A stretch of DNA of 64,000 bases from Catajapyx aquilonaris (taxonomy: Eukaryota): positions 1 through 64,000 of the forward strand of contig JYFJ02001744.1 in the NCBI GenBank assembly GCA_000934665.2, read 5' to 3'. Position numbers and translations under genes: made by a program. The notes under the pieces were generated by a model. That model did not search any database and had not been told where the DNA came from. It was given only the letters and a program-made list of their open reading frames with translations. Shown here one piece after another: positions 33,701 to 56,314 of the stretch (its first letter is position 1; each line of letters opens with the position of its first letter).

Positions 33701-35817
33701 AGTGACGCTATCTGTGGCGTGCATCCGGCTAAGAGATGTATACATCACCCTGGTACTGAAAACAACGAAACACCATTGTTATTTTATTGCAAGTACAAGT
33801 GCAGTGTGCGTGCATCCGTTAAATGTGGGAGTGAATTATTTTTTTTCTGTCGGGAATAAAAATCGCAAAGCACCTACTTTTCTTTCATTCATAGTGTAAA
33901 CAATATTACAAAGTGCTGTCTAATGATAACAATAACCCAGGCATTTTATACTAAGCATTCACTTCGTGTACGATGATGGACACTGCTTGAACAATGTGAT
34001 TTTCTCATAGTTATTGCAATTATTGTGAGAACATGACAAGTGAATGACCCAACAGAATGAAAGTGTTACATGTTAGCATTAAAATCTCCTCGCAGATTCT
34101 GTATATAACAATTACCAATATTACTGCGATTTATGTCCATCGTAGATATTCTTCAAATATTAAATAATGGCATAATTGTCGGCATATTATTTACGTAACA
34201 CTCTAGGTACATCGCTTAAATGTTCATTTGCCAGTTCTGGTGATTAATAAGGCATCAACCGTTGCAAACTTAACGAAACGTGTCATGCAAAGATGCAGAA
34301 AATTTGTGGCAAAATGAGCTTGGCTCGTTGCAAATACCGACTATTCATCATCAGGAGCTTTCATGTCACGAGATTAAACTTCTTCCCAAGGTGTGCCAGG
34401 ACGTTCATATGTGAATTCATAGCTTCATTATTATGACATCGCCTTGCCACATATCGCCGAGGGAAATCGTCATGAGTCAACTGGCACCATCCCTTTGGGA
34501 AAACAAAAAAGTACGTGCTTCTTGCCAAATGATTTTTTAACTTTTGAGAAGCTGTAACTATTTTCTTTCCATCCCATTGTTCTTTTAGAATTACGTCCAA
34601 AGGAGACTTTTACACCGTTGCGAAACAGAGAAATCTAACAGGTGTGCAATTGGCATCGGAGGTCCTTTTTGCTGATTTTCGATCTCGGTGAATGGGAAAA
34701 GGCTCAAAACTCTACATCGAAAGAGGACAAGACCGACTTTTAACTGAAACAATGCCTATAGCAACCGTGCATATGTCGGTGGCTATAACTCTCTGGGGAT
34801 GACTCCAGGGGATGATGCGAAGAAAAACGTCTAAGCTGCTTAACCTGTTTCTCATTGTTTGCTTCAATGAGGACATGTTCCTCTCAGGGAGGTTTGCATG
34901 TGCTGACACAATATCGCATTCCTAGGGCTAAAAATATGTGCCAAGCAAACAATTAGCTATCGTTAATGCCAATCGCAGGTGTGACAATCCTTTTTTAAAA
35001 TTCTTCAGCATGCTATCCGTTTATGATCGTGCTTCCAGAAATAAAAAATGTTACGCAGTTGGCTGACCACATTTTTGACACAATTCTCTCACGGCATCAT
35101 ACGGTATCGTTCCCCAAATATGTGTCACAAACAGACCCCCACCAAAAGGACGTGTGAAGGGAAGCTCACAATAATAGAGCAATAAAGAACACTAACAATG
35201 AGGTATGCAGGGTGGGAGGATCGGGCGAGAAGTGGAGGAAACAATAAGGTACCATCTTCATGTTTGGCTACCACCAAATGCAGTGCCAGCTGGCGGCAAA
35301 TGGGGGTTGCACAGAACCCCGTTTCCCAACTGGTATTTTCAGAACCGGCTTCGAAGATTGCTCTTGTGCTGTTTTCTTGTGGCTGTTGCCGAATGTCTCA
35401 ACTGCACCACTCCATCTGCAAAACCGGGTCATTACTGTTTACCAAGTGGGTTTATCGTGACGGATGCCAGGCATGTAAACCAATTTATCCTGCACAACTT
35501 GCAATATCAATTCTCTGAAGGAGTGAAAGTGAGCCCTCTGGAATTGCAAACTGCGTAATTTTTGCCTTCTTCCAAGTTAAAAAGGATGGCCCCAGGGTTG
35601 ATTCGTGCCAAATGCAGACATGTGGTCAATTAAATGGTGGCGTTTGAAGGGGAATGTTTTGAATTCCTTTTGCTTCACATTCCCTTGACACTCAGAGTGT
35701 GTGTTTTTTTTGCGTAATTGGCAGTAGTTTCGCTTGGCCTATTTTACGTTTTAATTGATTGTCAAAGTTCAATATCCTGACAAACAACAACAAACAACAA
35801 AAATAATTAGACCGACT

Positions 35818-35818
<1 letters not shown>

Positions 35819-35884
<66 letters not shown>

Positions 35885-35889
35885 TAATA
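35819..35889. repeat. (TAA)n microsatellite
   Basis: Directly visible. Confidence 0.95.
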
Positions 35890-37038
35890 TCTTATGTGCA
35901 GGTCAAAATATTTAAATTGCAATAACGACATTTTCCAGAGACATTTATTGTGTCCATCCAAGCAGATGAAATATTCGAATCGAAAGGGGTATAACATAAC
36001 ATATGACTTGAAGGATTTTGCAATGCGAATAGTTGTAATTTTATTCCCAAGACATACTCCCTGAGGCTGATACTTACCAAAGAGCATTTCGCATGTGTTA
36101 ATGATTTCTCGCTCCTGATTCTGAATTATATGAATGATAACGGGACATAACTGTTAAAATGCATTGCAGCGTATAGTGTGGCGTAACTTTTCAAAATACA
36201 AATGTTAGAATTAATCATTGCAATATGGATCCACTTCCGGAAAAATTCCATCTAGATATTCAAGCAGTGAAAATGTATATACTGTACTAATTTTCATGTA
36301 CATAATAAATTGTAACTAACAGATCAATTCAATGATTCTTCCCATAATGGAGTGAATGTTGATGAATATTTAAGGGTACATTTTATGTCATACGGACTAT
36401 TTCACTTTCATTAATTTAAAGTATTACATAAGGTGAGCTGACACAACGTTGACCAACAACTGCGTTAAATGAAATATTGCGCATTTACCTTTGCAGTCGC
36501 AATTATTCATCTCATACATAAATAATTCGTACCGCATGCAAAACGTTTAAGTAACCCTCGCGGTCCAGATAATTCATCCCCTCTTCCATAGCCAAAATTT
36601 CGACATAAAACTAGCCAAACCCCCAACGTAATAGACCCTGCATATCCTAATTGCCCATCACCGTGACGAACATATTCCCGAAATGCAAGCGCAAATTTGG
36701 CAACCAAAAAATTCCTCTCAGCCGACACAATGGGCAGGAGTGGCCGGATGCCATTTAGCAAAAATTGACCCCGCAACTCTGGAATTCATGTCAATCAAGC
36801 AGCTCCACATTCACACATCAAAATTTTTTGCAACCGAGATTGCGCATGGCAAGTTCATTCAAACGTGGCGCTGTCTTACAGAAGACTCCACGTGGTCGCC
36901 AGTTGGCAGCAAGATCGCTTGCCTAAAAAACAGTGCAAAAAAAATTGGTTGCGTCACGAGTCAAGGGCGTGGCAATAATATTGCGTGTACAGGCGGCCTT
37001 CGCATAATTTTTGAGCAGCAGTGTACCGGGCAGAGGGA

Positions 37039-41186
<4,148 letters not shown>

Positions 41187-42376
41187 TTACAGGATCATTC
41201 CATTCCGGAAATTGGCTCATTGAACATGGGTCCAAATGAATGATGCAACTGGTAGCCTTTTGTGAGAAGAACAAGAATATGCATTTTTTGTGCCGAAGAG
41301 CTTGCTTGAACTGCTTATACTGTACTTGAAATTTAGTTTTGTAAAATCCACCCATATAAAATATTTTTGTTACCACTGAATCTCGCCAGTGTTGTAATTC
41401 TCAGTAATGAGTGATATACGCTTTTAAATGGTGCTGGTGCCTCTTTCTTAACCGCATGCTTTGCATAAGATTCTCAAGATTGAAAGTGGAAAATTAATAG
41501 CGGAAGAGAGTATGAATCTGGTTCCTGCCCTCCACCACCTCTCCCAACCTAAAATTATGGTTACATAATATGCCATTGTAGCCATGCGCAGTTCCGGCAA
41601 CTTTATGTGGAATGCCAGCATTATATACTCATCTGCTAAATGGGCTCTTCGAAAAAAAAAAAGGTGGAATGTACTAAATTAAATAAAATGTATTACCATT
41701 CCAGACTTTGTCATCTGCTGTACATTGTGAATTCAGTCCTCATTGTAATGATCATATTTTGTAGATGACCTGATATTGTACTTACAGCAGTATACTTCAG
41801 GAGAAACTCCTTAAAACATACTTCAGGTATTGTAGATTATGCTTTACTGTTCACTGAAGGACACTCCAGCAGGTAGATTAGTAGAAACGTGTGTTAGCAT
41901 TCGTGAAACATTTGTGAAATTCTTGATTGCGAATGATGAGCACGCATTGTAATTAATTTCATATGTACTGTAGATGTTTTGAGTTTGTATTTCGAGAACT
42001 GAAATGTGCAGAATATCTTCTGCATAATGTAATCACATATGGTATAGGCAGAAAGAGGATGTGATAGCATGACTGCTGCATGAGATTTTGTTCCCTTATT
42101 TGCTTATAGCTGTACAGCCGCCCTGGTACTGTCAGTTGCAATGTATTAATACATGTCATGTGAAGGCCACACAGCATCAGGAAGTTACACATAATAATAT
42201 CGTAACTTTTGTCCCATGTAGTCACACTGTTGGTGAAAACTACAATATATTTTGTCAACTGCTGTAGTTGACCCAAGCAAGCCACTGTGTCAAGATACAG
42301 GTATTGGATCACTGATGAATCCGCGATATACGGTATCATGCTGGTGTCATGTGTTATGGGCAAGTATACTGCCATG

Positions 42377-42382
<6 letters not shown>

Positions 42383-42446
<64 letters not shown>

Positions 42447-42737
42447 TGATACCCCATTATCAGCCCTTTGGGCTTTATTAGGGGGGGGATTTCTCCCAAT
42501 TTTTTGTCTGGAACTCTTTCCATTTTTACTATACTTTTTCATCGGAATTGAGGCAAGGATAGGTAAGGAAGGAAGCGGCTGTGGCCTATAATTACGGTAA
42601 CGACCCCGGAATTATCCTGCGATGACCATGGGAAACCACAGAAAACCATGATCAGGGTCGCCGGCCTCCGGGATTCGAACCCAGGACCTCCCGATTAGCA
42701 GTCGGACACCATACCACTCCACCACTACTGCTTCGGT
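42383..42737 (-). mobile_element. Full-length tRNA-derived SINE with (ATT)n tail and 16-bp TSD
   Basis: A-box TGGTGGAGTGG, Ser(GCT)-like anticodon loop CTGCTAA, B-box GGTTCGAATCC; TSD TACTGCCAT(G/A)ATATAA at 42367-42382 and 42738-42753. Confidence 0.9.
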
Positions 42738-43714
42738 TACTGCCATAATATAAAATTATACGTAATGACATTATTTGCATAGTAGCTACAAGGTGTCGGA
42801 GGTTCTGTCAGTTGAGGTTATAGTTTTAAATACAAAATTGCACTATCTGATTTTACGAGGTCGGCTCATTTACGAAGTTGCTTGCATATTAATTCGGTTT
42901 TGCTACTATCGTGAATATTATGGAATACGACACTAGTTATACCCCTCGACTTATTACCTGTCAAAATACGTAACATAGCATCTACTTGTATATGGCACAT
43001 TTTCTCGAAAATTGGCCATATTGTTAGCGAAAATATCCAAATCACCTACAAAACTTTATAGGCCTACTTGGTATTTGACTATTTATTGTCTTATAACTTT
43101 TGGATAGGTGCATCCCACCTTGTTTTTTTTTTTAAATTTTATTTCTTACTCAAGTAGTTGGCTTGGAGAAAAAAAAGAGAACTGGAACGTTGTCTTATTG
43201 ATTATTCTTCCAACAGCGCCTTTGTTAATCAATCACCAACCAGTTTTCGCATCATCATAGGAATCACTAACTTATATATTCAAAGGCATGACGAAGTGTT
43301 CACGAATAGCATATGCCTCAAGAGAAATCGTGTTCCACCCAGTTATTAAGTAGAAGAGCACAGCTGCCCTTCCCATAAAGTACTTCTGAGGATACTGAAC
43401 ATATGAGCAAAGTTGGAATATATATTACAGGCCCGAAATTCAAACCATCAAACACTGCTGATTATCATGCGCTGATACACCCTAATTCTACGCAATAATC
43501 TGGACTGTTCTGTACACATGTACCCGAACACCTTCCTTATTGTTTTCACGTGATCATTTGGCAATCGCGTGTATTTCACTGGTCCTCACATTTCCCGGGA
43601 AGCGAGACGTCAAAGGTGTGACGTTCAAGTCACGCAGCGCGTCATGCGGAGACATCGCGCACTGTGACCTACGTGCCTAAGGCACCGCGAGTGACAGACG
43701 GGCAGAAGGACATC

Positions 43715-48384
<4,670 letters not shown>

Positions 48385-48989
48385 CGGGCCCATTTGGGAT
48401 GGTTCTCTTGCTTCCGGGAGAATTTCTAGTCGTAAGATGCATTCCATAACAACAAATTATGAATTGCATCCCTTGACTTCGTGATATTTTAATTTCTTGA
48501 TAATGGTAGTCCATTTTGTCTAAGCCAAAAGTGCCATTACTTTGAAAAACTAACTTTTTAGGCAACATACTTTGTACAGTATGTCGTTTGAAATTTGCAG
48601 TCATTGTTTTGACTGCTTTAAACTATTTGATTGAACGTAATTCACTAATTAGATGTGGCCAAGTGGCAGACATGTTGGACTGCAGTGTAGCTTCCTACTA
48701 AAAGGAATATTATGACGGGATGAGATTTTACTGTGGTGCTGTCTTTTATAAATCTATTGACATTATATTCCAGTGTGTTGCATTATATTTTAATTGATAT
48801 TATGGAAATGATTATTCCTGCTGCAAGGGATGTGTATGTAGTGGCACAGTACTAAAATAAGTTGGCGCAACATATAAAATGCAATTCTGTCAATGTAGTT
48901 GTAGCCAGTAATAGTAGTAGTATAGTTGCAGTCAGTGTAATATTGGCTGAGAAGTAGCTATGGATGTAACCCATTCCTTCCTGCCTTAA

Positions 48990-49405
48990 AGGGACACTCC
49001 ACTCAAAAAACAAATTTGGCTCTATAAATCGGGCAAAAAGTCATGAATCCAAAGGGGCAATCCGTTTTTCGCTATGAGGAACGGTAATCCCAGAGCGATG
49101 GGTCAAAGTGGGGAAATTCAAATAGTGCGCTAGAAGCTGGCCATCCTCCAGCGACGCCCTCGGAACCTTGGGAACTGGAGGGCTGTTCCTGCCTGCCTGC
49201 GCACTTAGGCCCATCCCAGAGCGGTGCAGCCCTCCAGTTCCCCTGTTCCCCGTGTGGCGGCGCCGCTCATTAGCAGATGACACACTTTGACACCTCGCCC
49301 TGGGATTACCGTTCTGCGTAGCGAAAGACGAATATTGCACCATCGGATTCAGGATTTTTTGCCAGATTTTTAGAGCCAAACTTGTTTTTTGAGTGGAGTG
49401 TCCCT
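48990..49405. mobile_element. Kolobok-type MITE (TTAA TSD, AGG termini)
   Basis: TTAA|AGGGACACTCCACTCAAAAAACAA ... TTGTTTTTTGAGTGGAGTGTCCCT|TTAA with ~105-bp imperfect arms. Confidence 0.85.
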
Positions 49406-50467
49406 TTAAGGATATCAGGAATGCACGAAAATTGGAAATTATTTTCTTGTGAACATGGGCCAACTCCTGCTGAAGGACTAAGGCATCTTTTTATTCTATA
49501 GTTGAAGAAATATGGTAGTATGGGTTTCTTGACCTCCAACCTGACCAACAAATACCATTTATGGCATTTGAGCATACAGGTACGTGACTACCTGACTTAA
49601 AGTAGAAAAATGTAACTTACTTATTTGAGATCACACGTGTACCTGCTACTTGCTTGAGTTTTCTCAAAGCTTTAGTACAAGAGCTCTGTGTTTTAAATTT
49701 CATTACGCTTTATAAATGTGAGCTTGATTTTCTCTGGAGCCCTTAATTGGTTTTATGAATAATAAGAGTACTTTTATTGATTGCTGTTATAAAATAGGCA
49801 TCTGTATAATTGAAAAGTCACATTTTATGACACTTGTATTAAATTTTGCAATTTTTAGTGAAAAAGAGGGCTTCGAAGAACCATGTGTATCATTTTAATG
49901 TGCAAATTCCTATTGCATCTGGACTTGTGCCATTAATACTTGTAGAACAAAAATAGTGTCAAATGTAGTTATGTTATATTTCACTTTCTTGCTAACATTT
50001 ACACAAACTCAATGCATTGGATAGGAGAAAGTCATACAAGTTTTTCTACGTGGGATGGCACCATTGAGAAGCATAATCTCACCTACAAGAAGGGGACATT
50101 AATTTGCCTCGGATATTTATGACAATATGCCTACAGGGGATTAATAATGATATAAATTATTATTTAGCCAGACATGCCTGCCAGGTCTCAGACACATTAC
50201 TGCAGCCATGGAAGCTGACATGCCAACACTATTTTTGCTGATGACCTTCCAGTATATTTGGCTTGTAGTGAAACTGCTTACTGTGGACGAGCTTGTTCAT
50301 CATAGTGCTCAAACAGTAAATCAGCAGTGCCGAAGTCCTTAAAGTAGGACAAATATTCAGTTATTCCCATATACAGTTGAATCCCAGTTTGTAATAAGAA
50401 GTCTATTAGCACGTAAGGTTCAAACCAGGTTGAAAGGTTTTTAAAAAACTACTGTGGTCTCACTACT

Positions 50468-50629
50468 GTGGTCCGGTTACATTGGCTCCCAAAAATTTGT
50501 CAGACGAAAAGTAGCCCACAACGTTTGTTACTCACCGTTGACAACAATGAATGAACTAAGTGTGGCCCCTGGTGTGGCTAAGCTGCTTTTTGGCTGATAT
50601 TTTTTGGGAGTCAGTGCAACCGGACCCAC
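50468..50629. mobile_element. Small MITE-like inverted repeat
   Basis: GTGGTCCGGTTACATTGGCTCCCAAAAA / TTTTTGGGAGTCAGTGCAACCGGACCCAC. Confidence 0.6.
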
Positions 50630-53600
50630 GTCGGAGAAATTAATTTTGCAAAGCAGTAGATTTATACATTTTAAATGATGTCACCTCAATATATTTGAAC
50701 CTTTGAGTAATGAAAAAGTGTACTTACTGGTTATATTAGACCTACTTGTCCATGACATTATCCATGAAAGCTTGAGCATACTGCATGTTTGTGGTGGCAA
50801 CATTATGTATCCAGTAACTCTACTATGGCCACAATATTATCATGGACACGCTCCCATAAAAAAAACATGTCAAAGTGTCCAGAATAATATTATGCCGATA
50901 GTACAAGCTATATGAGATTGTATATAAATGCTGTAAAGACTATCTTTTTTGTCAAGCACCTTCTATTAGCCATTAGCAGTAACTGATGTAAGCATGTGTG
51001 TGTGAAAAGAACAAAATTGGAACTGATATATTCATACAGATGAAGCTGATTACTTGGTTGATGTGCAGTGTGTCACCAGCATTGTCATTTGTATTGATAA
51101 TGAATTAATAAGACTGCACAGAAATTGTAACTGGAGATGTAAAATATACACAATGTCATACTTAATAAGTAAATATACTTAATAGACCCAACAGAGCAAG
51201 AAGTGCAGCTCTTCATATACAATCTGTAACAGCCCGCAACTGTGTAAAAAATATGTGATTACCTATATGAATAACCAGAATGTTAATGGCTCATCTGTTG
51301 CATTACCGTGATTAATGGGTTTTCAGATAATAACCATTACCTGGGCTCCTTATCCTCAAGGACTTGGAGAAGTACCGTTCTACTTGAATCCCCATAAACT
51401 AAATATACGTCGTTGGATGGCGATCAACTTTTTACCACTCTTCTTCAGTTGCCGCAACACTTACACCTCCTGCCTAGAGGGTGGTATGGTTCAGCTCACA
51501 ATTCTCAAAATATCTTGGTGTTATGCAAGTGAGACCTGTTATTTCTTGTACAGTACATCGTAACTTCATTTGGGGTTGTTGCAGTTATGAACATTTTACA
51601 TGGAATAATGCATTCTCAACTCTGATATTACAGTGGCTTTAATATGACCATTTTTCTAGGATCTGGAATAATCGAAATCATGGGCTGTGTTAATAAGCTC
51701 ATACAGTCGGTAAATAATTTTACACCATAAAAGTACAAGATTACAAACTAGATACATAATATTAATCAACATAATTAATGACTCTTGATCACAAGGAGTC
51801 TTTTGATCAATCATTCCATTCACTTTTTTTCTCTCATCCAAAGGGGGCAATAGTGACTGGCACACTTTTATAACTGCTTTGAGTTTCATGGTGATTGATT
51901 GCTTGGGAATATATTATTTTGTGAAATTAATTAGAAAAGGGAAAATTATTATAAATTGTCAGTACTTAAATTATGTAGCTATCTTATTGGTCGTACGTAT
52001 GAGCAGCGATTATTGCAGGGAAAATGCAGGGGTAATCAATAGTCTGTCAATAATTTATTATGAAGTTTTTGGCATGTGCCAACAACAAATATGTCCACTT
52101 CTGAGTGCACAGCATGCATATGTCAGGTATGGATATTGATTAAAATGACAAAAGTAGAACGTATGAGAATGTCATCTTCCTTTCAATCTAAATCAATGAT
52201 GGATGTGTCATAATTGTGTGCCTTAAGTAGTTTTTCTCGTATTATTTGGGTCAAAATTATTATTAGATAAGAGTCACGTCAGGAAGGAAGTCTTCATGTA
52301 AGTACAGTGTGTAATAAATATTTATAAATGCTGACCCCTTAATATATTTGTTATACGTAAATTAATTTTCAGAACGTTGGGTATATCTAGGCGTACTATT
52401 TCTGGAAAATATTTGAAAATGGCTTGATCAATAAATTCATCTGCAACTAATAAATTCTGGAATAAGGAAGGAATAAAGTTAATTAGGGAGTGAATGTCGA
52501 ATGAAATATTTTATAAACCTGATGCACTGATCGGATGTGGGAGTGCACAAAATAATGCACACAAATACGGGGAGAAAGGGCTGCCAATAACTGCACCTGA
52601 ATATCTTTTAAAATGGGTCAGACCAAATTAAAAGTCTGAGAAATGGCAAATATAACACTGACTGTGCATTACAGTGACGAACCGCATGCACAGAGATAGA
52701 AAGAAGTTATGTCATCGGATGTTGTAGCTATTAATTGGCTATGAGTAATATAGATTATGTCGGTGTTCAATACTTCATGAAGGCAAGGGAAGATATCCTT
52801 TTGGGGGACTCCATAAATTCAGATATCTATTTTTTTTTGCATACATTCATTTTGTGACAATCATTAATAAGTTAGACTAATCCTTTTTGCTGAGTGATGC
52901 TTTTGTTAATGAAGGTAATTAAATTGCATATCACAGATTGACACATTGACTGGCTATTAGGGTTTATGTTGCTAATATTATGGCCTTCTATTATTTGCAG
53001 TGATATTTTGCCAATATTGATTTCCGATGCTGAGGCAAAGTAGCCCTTCACTATGATTAATAGGATCTGGCGATTGCTGCTACTCAAACTTACTGAGTGT
53101 AAGTAATAAGGGCGGGAATAATCTCCTAATATTGCGTTGACATATCAGGTCGTTATTAAGCTGTGTGTAAACTGTAGTAAAAACCCGAACTGATGCCAAT
53201 ATAGGACCAACTCAGGTAATTCTTCATCGATTTATTATTTCTCACGCGCAATAATATGCTCCACTGATACCGTGACAGTCATTGGTCCGGAACGTCGTTT
53301 CAGAAAGAGGTGCTTACAAAGGGCATATTCCTGATAATTTTCATACTGTATAATCTTCCTGTGTAATCGGCATCGTATGGTAATTAACCAAGCGTAATTT
53401 TGTCATATGATGCCGAAAAACTCGTAGGCTAACATAATATTATAATATGAGTAGTTTTTTGTCATCCTCATGTGCGTATACAGTATGGAGTGGAATAAAA
53501 ATTGTAGCCTGTTTAGATTACATGGATGAGGAAATTAAATTATCATTAGTACCTGCCACAATAATCAAAATGTCTGCATCTGAATAAAAATTGCTAATTA

Positions 53601-55618
53601 CCTTTTGTGCATTGATAATTCGTACATGAATCGGAGAAATGTCATCAAGTACTGCATAATTATTATGACACTGTGTACTGTACAAACGGTGCATTGCAGC
53701 CTGCAGTGACCGCAGCGCATTGCTGCACACCTAAGTAAGCAGGGGGAAAAGTAGTCTACTACATGATGAACTAGGGACCCACATTTTGCCAAGCTCGCCA
53801 GGTGATACTGTATACAACTCTAGGTCCATTTCCTGCAAGTGACCTTAAACAAGGTAACTCCACCCATTATATGATACAGAGATTGAAACGAACGGGAAAA
53901 AACAGTTGTAAACAACATTACTTTTCCTGCGGCAATCAGAAGCTGTTTTGCACTGCATAATGCCACGGCCAAATCCTGCTCTTTTAAGCCCTGAGGTAAA
54001 AAATCGGATCTGAATTTTGCTAATTAGCTGCATAATATTTTTGGTACAGTTTGCGCAAACGCCACAGTAAAGAGTATAATGAGGCTTAATTGCAATCAAC
54101 ACCAACAATTATGGCACAATTTGGCAACTGTTAAGTAAATAGAGTCGTAATTGAGGCTGAATACTAGTCGACATTTGTTATAATCCATTGGTAATTAATT
54201 TATTTTTGATTCCCCTAGTGGATCAACAGTACTGAAACAGCAAAATACTGTATTAAAGCTGTACTATCCCATAACTTGGAAGAGATATGCTGCGGAAACA
54301 TTACGTTGTAGAGGAGGAAGAGAGAAGATTGGAACAGATTTTTGCAGCTGTTGTTATCGTCGTGGAATCCTGCAGGTAAACAAAAGGAGCGGCTTAATTT
54401 TAGCCACACTATAAGACAAAGATGGAGCAACTTGTAGATTTTTCAACTCCTGTCCTAATTATGCCCTTGCACATGACAATGCAATCTCTGACATTATTTT
54501 TTAAAGCAACAATGATGTGCGTTGTGTGCTTATTCCGTTGCAGATTCCCTGATTAATTTCAATGCACTTTGTAAGTACAGTACTTCACTTTATTTACAAT
54601 GCTATTTATTATATTAAATCCCAGGGTCGTTTTTGCGGATGGATTATCATTTTTAGCGTCATTCAGGCATGTACAATACACGACTAATAATAAGCATTTT
54701 ATCGACACAGCTCGGTTCCCAGCCTCGAGGCCAAATAGGAAGCATCCGACGATGTGAAGGAAGTTGGCGTAATTAGTGGTCAACAAAAGTTCTGCATTCA
54801 GTGAAGCCTGTCGATTGACGCATAGTTATTTTCAGTATAAGTTACACCTAACTAGATAATCATGCCCGCATAATCGCACATCCCCCATGTGTAATTAGAG
54901 GAAGTGCACCTTCCTGATGTGTTCTAAGATTTTGGTACGTCCGGGAAAAAATGACGTCGAATTTGCATGAACACGTCTTACGTCACACTTTGCATTTAGC
55001 AGGATCGTGATTTTTATCCGGACGTATCTGTACCCGCACAATCGTCCCCATTCCAGTTGTCAGAGTCAAAAGCCACATTGTTCAGCACGTCTTCATTTGC
55101 ATGATCCTTGGAGCGAATTTATAATTAACCACCAGGCACATACGTCATTTCGTACGCATGCATTCACTTGTCATTCATTCGGCAGAATTACAATCCATGG
55201 TCTCCAGCCGGCGACTCCAAAGTTCATGGCACTTTCTCCAGTCACATTTTCTGACCTCCAGGTTCTATGAGGCAATCAAAATTCCTGAAGCTCTCTCTGA
55301 AAATGGACTCTAGTATGGTGGTTGAAGACACTGGCACGTGTTGCCCAAAAATGAGGATAGTAATCAATGCCAGCCATTTTTGGCGCCATTTGGAACCAGC
55401 TGCCGCCAACTCCTCCAATTCAATCGTCCTGCCAAACTTGCACTTTGCTCCAAGACAAAAAAAAAGCCATCCAGTATGTGAAGGCCACATATTAAGGTCA
55501 TGAAAAGTGTCCTTGTAAGGTACCTGGTCACCCCCCAAAAAAATTCTTTGTGCGTATCCCCCCAAAAAATTCCGGGAGCCTAGAGCACGTGAGTCGCACC
55601 CCGGATCGACAACCTGCC

Positions 55619-55710
55619 GCAGTTGCATCCAGACTCCAGACCTGCCAGGACGTGGTCCGGTGCATCGCTCATATTGGCCTCGAAATTTTTTTTGTGTACC
55701 GTCCGGTCAC
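55619..55710 (+). promoter_or_regulatory. Inr+DPE core promoter (TSS ~55621) and non-coding first exon of the M13 peptidase gene
   Basis: GCAGTT initiator-like sequence, G at +24, GGACG(TG) exactly at +28; GTGAGT donor at 55711; acceptor ttttttataccacag before 56156. Confidence 0.65.
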
Positions 55711-56314
55711 GTGAGTATACTTTTTACGTTGCATTTTTTTTCTTTCTTTCTATGCACCCCCCTCTGGTTCTCATCCAGCCCACTTTCCCTCGAGTTGGGT
55801 TGGCAAAGTGCTCATCTCTTTGCGCGGATGGACAGCAGCTGTTGAGCTTTTGCCTGACTTCATGTTGTGCTGTATATATGTGTGCGCGAGAGACGTGGGC
55901 TGAGCAGTTCTCAAGAGGCCGATGCCCCGACCAGGTTGGCGCGGTGTAGTTGGTGCATGACTGAGTCTCCACGTAGCAGTTTTCAAGGACCCACCTTCTT
56001 TCAGGGGGGAGTGTTGAAGTGCAATATTTTGATAGTGGGATGGCTTGAAATGTGACGGTAATCACAGGAATTTATAGTGACCCTGAAATTACACTGAATA
56101 TACGTGGATATCCGGAGGAAGTTGGTGACTATACCCCCATTTTTTTATACCACAGCACAAGATGTTCCAGTCTGGCGGATGAAGATGGCACCTGAAAAAC
56201 AGTGCCGGTTGCTCGTGTGACGTGTTACAAATTACGAGACCATCAGGAGTGTTTATTTCAGTCGTCTCCTGATTTATCTGCCCTTTTTTTCTGAAACCCT
56301 CTGTGATTGGCACA

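Noticed and set aside
42655..42737. Possible tRNA-Ser gene
   Set aside because: No acceptor stem or long variable arm; it is the head of a TSD-flanked SINE.
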